Program-made: the position numbers and the translations under genes
Part shown: piece by piece, positions 10,119 to 20,388 of the stretch
Layout: each line of letters begins with the position of its first letter
Position numbering within the stretch: position 1 is the stretch's first letter
The notes under the pieces: generated by a model
Told to the model about the DNA's origin: nothing
What the model saw: the letters and a program-made list of their open reading frames with translations, nothing else
Databases searched by the model: none
Assembly (NCBI GenBank): GCA_965262915.1
Contig: OZ253564.1
Coordinates: 4,000,001 to 4,064,000 of the forward strand
DNA from: Candidatus Spongiisociaceae bacterium
GTDB taxonomy: Bacteria > Actinomycetota > Acidimicrobiia > Spongiisociales > Spongiisociaceae
Direction of reading: 5' to 3'
DNA length: 64,000 bases

Positions 10119-10409
10119 ATGAATCTGAAGCCACTCGGCGGCCGTGTGATCGTCAGGCCCAACGAGGATGACGAGCAGCGCACGTCGTCGGGACTGGTAA
10201 TCCCCGACACGGCCAAGGAAAAACCACAGACCGGAACGATTATGGCTGTGGGGCCTGGTGATCTGAGTGATGACGGAGAGCGGATCCCCCTCGATGTATC
10301 CGAGGGTGATGTGGTCGTCTACTCCAAGTTCGGAGGCACCGAATTGAAACATGAAGGCGATGAGTATCTGATCCTCTCGTCCCGCGACCTGTTGGCGATC
10401 GTCGGTTGA
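10119..10409 (+). CDS. groES: Co-chaperonin GroES
   Basis: [34 protein letters not shown]; AAGGAGG RBS. Confidence 0.98.
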   Translation: MNLKPLGGRVIVRPNEDDEQRTSSGLVIPDTAKEKPQTGTIMAVGPGDLSDDGERIPLDVSEGDVVVYSKFGGTELKHEGDEYLILSSRDLLAIVG

Positions 10410-10432
10410 CGGTTGCTGTAGGACAGGATTAG

Positions 10433-12091
<1,659 letters not shown>

Positions 12092-12119
12092 CCCCCCAGA
12101 CCACCACATCTACCAGCAC

Positions 12120-12148
12120 GAGCGGCCCGCCCAACCGGCGGGCCGCTC
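12120..12148 (+). terminator. GC-rich hairpin after groEL (likely terminator)
   Basis: 12-bp perfect stem GAGCGGCCCGCC / GGCGGGCCGCTC, 5-nt loop, 28 bp after the stop; no U tract. Confidence 0.7.
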
Positions 12149-12978
12149 CACGTCGAAGGCGCCCCGCCGGTTGACGAGCCTCTCGTCGTTGACGCCCTCG
12201 TCGAGATCTCGTCCGCTCTCTACGACGCTCAACATGTCGGGAGGGCCACAGCCAGCCGGGGGGACCTCTACGTGATGGATCAGGTGCTTGCGGCTGTCAG
12301 AACAATCAGCGATACGCTGGCCGTGCATGGGCCTTGTGGGCGAAGAAGACCGGCAACGCCAGAATATGGGATCGTCAGCTCCGATACGAGAGTCCCGCCG
12401 CAGCGTCTCGGGTTGTGGTCGACTCGCTCGAAAGCGCCGACGAGCTCATCGGCCACACCACGTTCGTGGAGGTCGCCCACAATCTGGAAGGCACCGGCAT
12501 CGAACGGGTCGACTTTTCCTGGCGGTGCGTGCTCGAAGCCGAGTGCAGTGCCCTTCGGGGAGAACGAGACGCGACCAGCTACCCGTGTGCGCTCGGAACC
12601 GAAAGCTCCGTCTGGCTCACAACACCGGTACCAACATCCCAGAGCGAACACGTCACCACACTCGACGCCCCGCCCCCGGAACCCGGATGGTTCCTCTACC
12701 GCTGACCCAAGCCCGACACGCCGCCGCGGCGGCGTCCTTCCCAACGGTAGGGCGGATCTCGAGGGGGTATCGGCTCTTGTGCTGTGGCAAACACTTCCGC
12801 CACGGACTTGGTCCGTTCCGGAGTTGACATGGTTCGCGTAGCCGACTTAGCGGATCATAGCCGGCTGAGCACGATACGGCTGTCGGGGTAGACGTTTCCT
12901 GGTGGCCTGGCCTAGCCTGCAAAGGGCGCCTCGGATGCCAAGACACCCAGAGCAGGGAGTGGATTCCTGAGTACGCGT

Positions 12979-13677
12979 GTGTTGTTCCTCGACGATTCGG
13001 GTAAACCCGACCTGAGCCACCCATCTCTAGGGTTGGTGATCGGCGGGTTCTCGGTGCCGTCCACTCAGGTACCAACCCTCAGCCGCAGGGTCGCGGGGGC
13101 TAAGGCAAGGTTCTATCCGGCCCGTGGGGATCCAGCCTCATGGGAGTTGAAGTCCTCCTACATCGTCAAGCCCAACCCGTGGAAGCGCCGCAAGAATCGT
13201 GACTTCGTGGATGAGACTATTCGGATCGTCGAACAGGCGGGGGGTACGGTCTACACGGTGAGCATCGACAAGCGCCGGATGCATCACCCGATGACCCTCA
13301 ACACAACGATGCCGCTACAGCTCCAAGCGCTTGTGGAGCACTTCGCTGTTGAGTGCGCCGAACACCGGGAAACGGGTCTGATCGTCTCCGACTGGTCTAG
13401 CCACCACCACGACGCGCACGCGAGTAAGTGCGTGGGCAGTTTCATAACCTCACGGCGCCTCCCGCTGCATCCAAGTGTGTACTACGCGAACTCGCTAACG
13501 ACGCCGACGATTCAGGTCGCTGATCTGATAGCAGGTGTTAGACGGCGGGTGGTCGAGGGGGACGGCCGTCTGGTTACGCTCAACCGCAGGATGGCGGCCA
13601 CGCGGACTCTGCCGCACAGCCCGGGGCTGATCACGGACCGGGGGCGTAGGTACACGAATCAGATCGAGTTGTTTTGA
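12979..13677 (+). CDS. DUF3800 domain-containing protein
   Basis: N-terminal LFLDDSG and C-terminal IQVADLIAG motifs typical of DUF3800 (RNase H-like acidic residues). Confidence 0.85.
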   Translation: MLFLDDSGKPDLSHPSLGLVIGGFSVPSTQVPTLSRRVAGAKARFYPARGDPASWELKSSYIVKPNPWKRRKNRDFVDETIRIVEQAGGTVYTVSIDKRRMHHPMTLNTTMPLQLQALVEHFAVECAEHRETGLIVSDWSSHHHDAHASKCVGSFITSRRLPLHPSVYYANSLTTPTIQVADLIAGVRRRVVEGDGRLVTLNRRMAATRTLPHSPGLITDRGRRYTNQIELF

Positions 13678-13766
13678 GTAACCGGGTGGGCGTATCCAGT
13701 CTGCTGGTTCGGAGGGGAACAGGTGACACACAGGCCGCACGGCATGCCTGCCGCGGTTGGTGCCGG

Positions 13767-13795
13767 TTGCCAATCGCTCAGCGGGCTCCTACACT
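13767..13795 (+). promoter_or_regulatory. Sigma70-type promoter
   Basis: -35 TTGCCA (13767-13772), 17-bp spacer, -10 TACACT (13790-13795). Confidence 0.7.
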
Positions 13796-13800
13796 GATAT

Positions 13801-13889
13801 GTGCCTGTCCGCTCGGTTAGTAGGCGCAAGCTGAATGTAACCGAAGTGCGGCGGCGATGGGGCCCCGGAACGCACGGGGCCCTTTTTCT
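13801..13889 (+). ncRNA. Candidate structured small RNA downstream of the DUF3800 gene
   Basis: Begins at the predicted TSS; stem CCGC-TCGGTTA / TAACCGA-GCGG encloses AGTA...GAA and a GGC-GCAA-GCT GNRA hairpin; ends in an intrinsic terminator. Confidence 0.55.
13860..13889 (+). terminator. Rho-independent terminator
   Basis: GGGCCCCG-gaacgca-CGGGGCCC followed by TTTTTCT. Confidence 0.85.
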
Positions 13890-13964
13890 AGTTGGGTGTG
13901 TCCAACGCCTACCACAGTTCGCCTGCTTGCTTAGAGACACAGGACGACAGAGAACCATTCAGTC

Positions 13965-15674
13965 ATGAGCCGCACACGCAAACCGAGGAGCCGTCGCCCG
14001 AAACACAGCCGGGGCGCTAGAACGACCGGCGGTCGACGACCGCGGCCGAGTCGCTCGGAGTCGAGTAGCAGCGGTACCGTTGTGACCAAGGGGACGAAGC
14101 TGACCCCTCGATCCCTAGTGTTCGTCGGACCCGAAGAGGTGGTCACCACGTTCGAGGTCGAACACCCTTCGACGCTTGGGAACAGAACCGGCGGTCGGGC
14201 CCCACAGGATGCCACGATCATCAAAGGCTGCCCGAGCCTATATGCGTTGGAGACGTGCGAGACGCTGCAAATGGGCACCCTTCCCTACTACCGCAAGCAA
14301 GGCGATTCGCTCATCTGGGATCTGGGAGAGGGTGTCATCGCGGGCGACGAGCGAACCGAACGCCGCCGCGACGACCCAGCAGACCTCGACGCATACAAGC
14401 AAACAGACATCGAACTATCTGTAAGCCATCCGCTCGGGCGAGCAACCGAGCACAAGACCACCAAGCGCCTCAACGTGAACGAGACCTCCCAGGCCAGCCT
14501 CTTGCTCGGGGGCAATTGCCTCATCTGGTGCGCTTCGCTTGAGCCACAGACTGCCAAGAAATGGTCCTTGTGGTGGGACTCGCTGGAACCCGACTATGAC
14601 CATCCCACGTTTCTTGGCGAGCCTGCCCCGTTTGCGCGAGCGCTCGCTTTGATGGCCTCATCGCAACGGGATCTACTTCGTAGCTATCTCGACCTCCGAC
14701 ATCGGGAGACTGGTCACGTCGAGCAGTGCAGCAACTTGGCTGTGTTCTACGGTCCCGTCGTTTACTTGGACGATCCACGCGACTACATTTTGGAGCCTGG
14801 CGACGAACTTGAGATGATCGTCCGCCGTATCTTCACCAAGACGACGGAGCACCGACATCAACGCGAGTACAGGTTCGCGATACTCTCCCGACAGGGCCTG
14901 GACTGCGCAACTGTGCACCTGCAGGTTCCGCCCTCGATGAGACAGGCGTTGAACGCTGGCAGCGGCAGCAGAGCCAGAGGACTTCACCTGCCTGAAGGCG
15001 GACCTGCGTTCTGCATGCCTTCGCCTCGGCTTCTCCAGTGCTTTGCAGATGAAGTTGCTCCGGATTCTGCTGATTACCGTCACGGGTTGTCTCTCACCAC
15101 TGGTATGCGGGTGAGATTGTATATCAGCGGAACTCACCATAAGTCATCGAACACACTAAGCACTGCGGTGAGTGAGGTGGCAACACCAGACTATGAAGCC
15201 ATTGACGCGGCTATCAGGGCGGAACCACGAGTGCCCAATGACTCTCGCATCGCCAAGGTCACAATTGACGGGGGACCCGGCACAATCACCCGGATCTACT
15301 GCCTAGAGGGGATCTGGGGCATAATCCAATACAAGTCCGTGTCAGGTAGGGCATCTCTAAGATTTCGTGGATCGCATCCCAGCGACACAGCTCTCATCCT
15401 TTGCTGCAACGCCGACTTTGATGGGCAGTTCCGACTCGGCCACAGCGCCCAGCAACTCATCCTGGATGTCGTGCCCATGAACCCGGCGGCGACGGTTGAG
15501 ATAGATCACCCTAACCGCAACCCGGATCTGCCCCAGAACCACATCACGCTGTCTCTGACAGAGGACACCTGTGTCACTGTGACAGCGACATCTGAGGACG
15601 GCACCCAAGCTTCGAGCTTCGAGATCGTCATCGAAAGAGCACTCTGCCCAACCAACCAGAGCGAAACTGCATGA
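13965..15674 (+). CDS. Hypothetical protein with C-terminal cadherin-like beta-sandwich
   Basis: 569-aa ORF; C-terminal VTVTATSEDGT...FEIVIER pattern; internal FTK...QREYRF motif; true start uncertain. Confidence 0.6.
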   Translation: MSRTRKPRSRRPKHSRGARTTGGRRPRPSRSESSSSGTVVTKGTKLTPRSLVFVGPEEVVTTFEVEHPSTLGNRTGGRAPQDATIIKGCPSLYALETCETLQMGTLPYYRKQGDSLIWDLGEGVIAGDERTERRRDDPADLDAYKQTDIELSVSHPLGRATEHKTTKRLNVNETSQASLLLGGNCLIWCASLEPQTAKKWSLWWDSLEPDYDHPTFLGEPAPFARALALMASSQRDLLRSYLDLRHRETGHVEQCSNLAVFYGPVVYLDDPRDYILEPGDELEMIVRRIFTKTTEHRHQREYRFAILSRQGLDCATVHLQVPPSMRQALNAGSGSRARGLHLPEGGPAFCMPSPRLLQCFADEVAPDSADYRHGLSLTTGMRVRLYISGTHHKSSNTLSTAVSEVATPDYEAIDAAIRAEPRVPNDSRIAKVTIDGGPGTITRIYCLEGIWGIIQYKSVSGRASLRFRGSHPSDTALILCCNADFDGQFRLGHSAQQLILDVVPMNPAATVEIDHPNRNPDLPQNHITLSLTEDTCVTVTATSEDGTQASSFEIVIERALCPTNQSETA

Positions 15675-16098
15675 AGCACCCTGACCGTTCGGGCCCGTAC
15701 GCTGTGATGAGACCGGCTCGGGCGCTGCCATGCAAGAAGGCTCTCGCCTGAGCCGAGAGTGGCCCGAAACTGTTCGAGGCGCAAGCTGATCTGGGCTGGC
15801 GATCCCTACTTCCTACCCATTCGCGAAGAGCCCGCAAACAGGCATGGTTCCGACCTGGGCTACGCGTCAAGCGGGTACGCGGTGCAACGGGCCTCTACGA
15901 GATGACCTGGGCACCCGACGGACGCGCAACATTCTCATGGGGCCAACCCCTCACAATCGGGACACGACACGTCTTGTAGTACCGCTGCAGCGACCACAGC
16001 ATCCTCCCATAACCAAACCGGGCACTCACGGGCAGCCGTACCGGCCTCACGGAGGCCTACCAACCCACCTGAACCTGACCCGTATCCGGCCTTCGGGG

Positions 16099-16126
16099 AT
16101 GTCCCGTAATAATGGTTATGTAAAGT
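16099..16126 (+). other. dif-like XerCD recombination site
   Basis: ATGTCCCGTAA-TAATGG-TTATGTAAAGT: 11-6-11 layout with a XerD-type arm (E. coli TTATGTTAAAT). Confidence 0.65.
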
Positions 16127-16199
16127 AGCGGACTCTTAGGGCGGGTAGGGGCCAAGCTTGGGAAGCGCCAAGCCTTTTGCTTCGGCGTAGGATGAGGGA

Positions 16200-17984
16200 G
16201 TGAGGGGTTCGTATTCTACACCGGCGTTGCTGTTCCTGTTGCTGTTGGGTCTTGCCGTTGTGGTTCTGTTGCATGCGTGTGGTGGTGACGAGGTCTCACC
16301 CACGACGGCCGTCGCCCCGTCAGCGACCACCCAATCTCCTGCCACGATGATCACGGTCCCGTCTACGCCTACCCCACCTACGTCCCTCCAGATGTCAACA
16401 TCTGCCGTGCCGGGGACAGTGGCGGTGTCGGCGAACACTATCGAACGGTTGTCACCTGACGAAGTGTATTTGCGGGTTGCGCCGTCGGTGCCATTCGTCG
16501 AAACCGCTACGGGTACGGGCAGCGGGGTCCTGATCGAAGGCGGTTACGTCGTCACCAACTACCACGTGGTCTGGCCGTATGATGCCGTTTGGGTGGTGTT
16601 CCCCGACGGTACCGAACTGCAGGACGTACCGGTCGTAGGTTGGGATCCCCTGGCGGATCTAGCAGTGCTGGGGCCGGTCAATGTATCAGCACGGCCGTTG
16701 GAATTGGTGGATGGGGAGAGTTTGGCGCCGGGTAGCGAGCTGTTTCTGGTGGGCTACCCGGCTGAAGTGGACCTGTTTCCACAGGCTTCTATCACCCGGG
16801 GTATCTTGTCACGCTTTCGAGAATGGGATCGTCTCGGCATGACATATCTACAGACCGATGCGGCTATCGCGGGAGGGCAGAGTGGTGGTGCGTTGGTCAA
16901 CTCGAACGGTGAGGTGGTAGGTATTTCCACATTCTCGTTCAGCGAAGCCGGGTTCGGGCTGGCGACATCCGCGGCTGATGACGCGCCCATCGTGAAGAAG
17001 CTCATCGAGGGCTGGAATGCGTCCGGTTGGAACGAACGGCGACTGCCGTCCGGCGCTGGTGCCTTCGAATTCGATATAGAGTTGGTCAACCAGTGGGACA
17101 CTCGGACCTTCGTCCTGGACCCAGCCGCCGGATCTATGCATGAGTTCTGGATAGACGGTCCAGAAGATGGATTGCTCCGACTGTTTGACCCATTCGGGCT
17201 GATCTTAGAAGTGGACGAAACCTACACAGGTCTCGAGTCCGGGACTGTGGAAGTTCAAACCGAAGGGATCCACTTCCTCCAAGTGGAGATGCTAGCGAAT
17301 GGTCCATCCGCGTTTACAGTGGGCAGTACGATCAAGATGACGCCTTTGAATGACCCGGATGATGGTCGGACTATCTCTGTGGGTGATACTGTCGTCGGAA
17401 GCCTCGACTATTTTTCTGAGTGGGACTGGTTCTTGATACACCTGAACGAGGGAGAGACGGTGAGGATCTATGCTGACTCTGTCGGTGTGGATACTCTGAT
17501 ATACGTTGACTTTCCTGGCTCATCCAGCCATCAAGTTGTCTATGACGACGACAGCGGTGGTGGATTGTCCGGGACAAACTCTCAACTAGTCTATAGGGCG
17601 CCATCCAACGGTAACTACTATATCGCCGTTACCGGCGCTTTAGACGATGATGTTGGTGGCTACTTCCTGTCGGTCGAGCCAGCACAGGACGGTAGCGAAA
17701 CGGTTAATGTGCCAGCCAGTCGCAACGAAGACACCTTTGATATCCTCATAAGCTCTGATCCAGTACTCGGTGAATATGAGCCTAGCACTTTGAGGGAGTT
17801 CGCTGGAGTAGTATGTGAAGCCATCGATAGCGGTTTACCGTTTGATGAGATCCTGTTGGGTATCTACACAGAGTCGCCTGCCGACTGGGATACAGACACG
17901 GCTGCCATATTCTTGGGATCAGCGGTCTACGGACTGTGTCCAGAGCACGCCGATGCTATGGACACATGGATAGAGAAGCTCTGA
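16200..17984 (+). CDS. Trypsin-like serine protease lipoprotein with PPC-like and DUF732-like domains
   Basis: Lipobox LHAC; triad motifs TNYHVV, DLAVL, GQSGG; YDDDSGGG...YYIAV PPC-like module; C-terminal VCEAIDSG...AVYGLCPEH. Confidence 0.82.
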   Translation: MRGSYSTPALLFLLLLGLAVVVLLHACGGDEVSPTTAVAPSATTQSPATMITVPSTPTPPTSLQMSTSAVPGTVAVSANTIERLSPDEVYLRVAPSVPFVETATGTGSGVLIEGGYVVTNYHVVWPYDAVWVVFPDGTELQDVPVVGWDPLADLAVLGPVNVSARPLELVDGESLAPGSELFLVGYPAEVDLFPQASITRGILSRFREWDRLGMTYLQTDAAIAGGQSGGALVNSNGEVVGISTFSFSEAGFGLATSAADDAPIVKKLIEGWNASGWNERRLPSGAGAFEFDIELVNQWDTRTFVLDPAAGSMHEFWIDGPEDGLLRLFDPFGLILEVDETYTGLESGTVEVQTEGIHFLQVEMLANGPSAFTVGSTIKMTPLNDPDDGRTISVGDTVVGSLDYFSEWDWFLIHLNEGETVRIYADSVGVDTLIYVDFPGSSSHQVVYDDDSGGGLSGTNSQLVYRAPSNGNYYIAVTGALDDDVGGYFLSVEPAQDGSETVNVPASRNEDTFDILISSDPVLGEYEPSTLREFAGVVCEAIDSGLPFDEILLGIYTESPADWDTDTAAIFLGSAVYGLCPEHADAMDTWIEKL

Positions 17985-17998
17985 ATCCATAGCGCCCA

Positions 17999-18175
17999 CT
18001 GCGCAGCTTGACCCTCGCTGCGGCGTTGTATCTCCCGTCGTACCAGGGTGAGTCCTTGGGTGAACCAGCGTACGACGTGAAAGCGGTCGAGCACATGGCG
18101 AGCGTCGGGCAGGTATTGCGCGATGGCTGCTTGATATCAGCGGGATCCGTCGCTCACGACTATCTCCACTTGGCG
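17999..18175 (-). pseudogene. ISL3-family transposase fragment
   Basis: Minus strand reads VEIVVSDGSR*YQAAIAQYLPDARHVLDRFHVVRWF; DRFHVV is characteristic of ISL3; in-frame stop. Confidence 0.75.
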
Positions 18176-18230
18176 GCAGCAGCCGCATCGCCTCCTCGAG
18201 GGCTTTGCTGGTGGTGAGCCGGCGGATGTT

Positions 18231-18470
18231 CTACTGGTAGCCGGGGCGGAGTTTCCCGAGATCGGCGTGGAGGCGGTTGGCCCCGGCGGTGCGGTCATGG
18301 ACCAGCTCACGGCGGTTTGAGACCAGCACACGCAGATCTTCGGTGTCCTCCCAGTATGTTGGCGGGGCCAACGTGTCGTCTCGGAGAGCGATCCGGGCGA
18401 TCACCAACGCGTCCACCTGATCGGTGTTTGTGGGCCCTGCGCGGTTTCGTGGGGTAGGGCGTTTCTGTTG
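18231..18470 (-). pseudogene. IS110-family transposase internal fragment
   Basis: TDQVDALVIARIAL...DLRVLVSNRRELVHDRT...NRLHADL...PGY; frameshifted and truncated. Confidence 0.75.
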
Positions 18471-18490
18471 TCGGTGTGGGGGTCATAATG

Positions 18491-18710
18491 CTCCTAATGG
18501 GGGTCCACCACTTCTTCTGGTGTTTCTGGGAGGGTGTGGTGGTTGAGCTGCCGGCCGGTGAGTACCGAATGCTCCTGGAACGCTGATTCCTGAACATAGA
18601 TCGTACCCCGGCCGGTTGGTGAGGCCGCTTGTAGCGCTCATGGGGTAGCGTGCCACAGAGCACTGATCCATTAGGTCGCCGCCAGGCGTTTCCTCCACAA
18701 CTCAGCAAGA
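18491..18710 (-). mobile_element. Probable right end of an IS110/IS1111-like element (transposase tail plus downstream non-coding region)
   Basis: AELWRKRLAAT* tail cut by the IS3 end, then ~190 bp non-coding ending in TGGTGGACCCCCATTAGGAG, a 20-mer recurring (19/20) at 39758-39777. Family assignment is from recalled resemblance. Confidence 0.45.
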
Positions 18711-19940
18711 TGGAGTTCCCCCCATGTGCTGGACACTTGGTTTATGCGGCCGTGTGATGGTAGTAGTTGTCCTCCCATTCGTTTGGTGGCTGTTGTCCGA
18801 TGGTGGAGTGGAGCCGGCGGGGGTTGTACCAGGCTTGGATCCAGTACCGGATTGATAGGCGGGCGTGGTGGCGGCTTCGGTAGTCGGCTCGGTTGACGAG
18901 TTCGGTCTTGAGGGTGCCGAGAAACGATTCGGCGGCTGCGTTGTCCCAACACGCCCCGGTCCGTCCCACCGACTGTGCGATGCCATATGCCCGGCAGAGC
19001 TGGGCGGTGGCCCTCGAGGTGTATTGACCAGGTTCAAGGGGTCCACCACACCCCGCATCTGGCCGCCCCGGGTTGCGATCGCTTCGCGCAGCGCGTCCGT
19101 TGCCAGCGAAGTCTTGGAGGTGTGGTGCCACGGAGACACCGACAACTCGGCGGATGCCAGGTCCAAGACGAACGCCAGGTAGAGGAACCCTTGACGGGTT
19201 CGGATGTGGGTGATGTCGCCTACCCAGGCTTCATCCGGTGCCGAAGTGGTGAACTCACCCCTGAGTAGATCAGGGATCCGATGAGCGGTGTCCGCTGTGG
19301 TGGTGACACGCCGCTTGCGGGGAACGAAACCCGCCATACGGTGGCACTTCATCAGCCGCACCCTCCCGCTTGTGATTCACCACCCGGCCACGCCGACGCA
19401 GCGCGGCGCACACCCGACGCGAACCATAGGTCCCATCCGAGTCCGCCTAGATGGCCCCGATCTCGTCCACCAGAGCGGCCTCTGCCATCTGCACAGGACC
19501 AGACCGGGGTCGCTGCTTGTAGGCGTAATACGCAGACGGTGACACCCCCACCACCGAACACACCATCCTCACCGGGAAGCCTTCGGCCCTCTGAGCATCG
19601 ACGAAGCGACACAACATCACCCCTTCGACTCCCGCACCCGGCTCCCGCAGCCGCTCCCGCTCCCCAGACCTAAGCCCCTCCCGCTCACCCCGGTTGATCC
19701 CATCCTGACGAACCCAGTCACCGCAACGTCGAGTCATAAATACCCAACTCGGTGGCGACCTGCCGTATCGGCCTGCCCGAGCTGCGAACAATCTCCACCG
19801 CATCCACGTTTGAACTCATCCGAGAACTTCCGTCTCGGTCTCTTCCCTCCCAACAGGACTCCTTCCCCACACGCTGCATCCCATTCTCGGACATCAAACG
19901 CGCTCTTTGCGGAAGTGTCCGGCCACCGGGGGGAACTCCA
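18711..19940 (-). mobile_element. IS3-family insertion sequence, degenerate (1230 bp)
   Basis: 26-bp imperfect terminal IRs TGGAGTTCCCCCC-N7-GGACAC at both ends; orfA RRKFSDEFK; orfB WVGDITHIRT and WDNAAAESFLGTLKTE split by frameshifts; no target duplication visible. Confidence 0.92.
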
Positions 19941-19974
19941 GTTTTCCAACCAGCGAACCCCGCAAGATTCGTTT

Positions 19975-20200
19975 TTCAGCACCCGCCTACACCATCGCCC
20001 CCGGCACCGTGCGCGCCCAGACGTCCTATCGGCCGCCGCAATCCCCGGGAGGCGAGGAGGCAATGACGGCGCATCTCGCAATGGATGAGTGGGTTCCACC
20101 TCGAGAGATTGCCCACCTCATCGCGTTCCTTGCCACAAGCAACTGCCGGCAGCGGACGGAAGCCACGCCGGCCGTGAACGGCGCCGGCCATATGCGCTGG
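19975..20200 (+). pseudogene. C-terminal remnant of an SDR gene truncated by IS3
   Basis: AYTIAPG...EWVPPREIAHLIAFLAT...VNGA resembles an SDR C-terminus; no N-terminus. Confidence 0.6.
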
Positions 20201-20388
20201 GGCGCCCTGCGCTGCAAAGCCACCATCCGGCTGCGCGCGGTCGATGTTTCGTATACTGGACATCAGTGCGACAACCAAACGATGGCGTCATAGTGGGACC
20301 AGTCAGTCGATGAACGCGACCCGGCAGATCAGCCATCGGGCGGTAATCGCTGGTTGAGGGTTGTCGTTGCGATGGGAAAGGAAGAGTA

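Noticed and set aside
12150-12841. ORFs of 123-189 aa downstream of groEL
   Set aside because: Overlapping frames with no recognisable motif or RBS; cannot choose a real gene.
15844-16098. Phage or integrative element remnant next to the dif-like site
   Set aside because: No recognisable protein motif on either strand.
18008-18217. 69-aa plus-strand ORF
   Set aside because: Antisense of the ISL3 transposase fragment.
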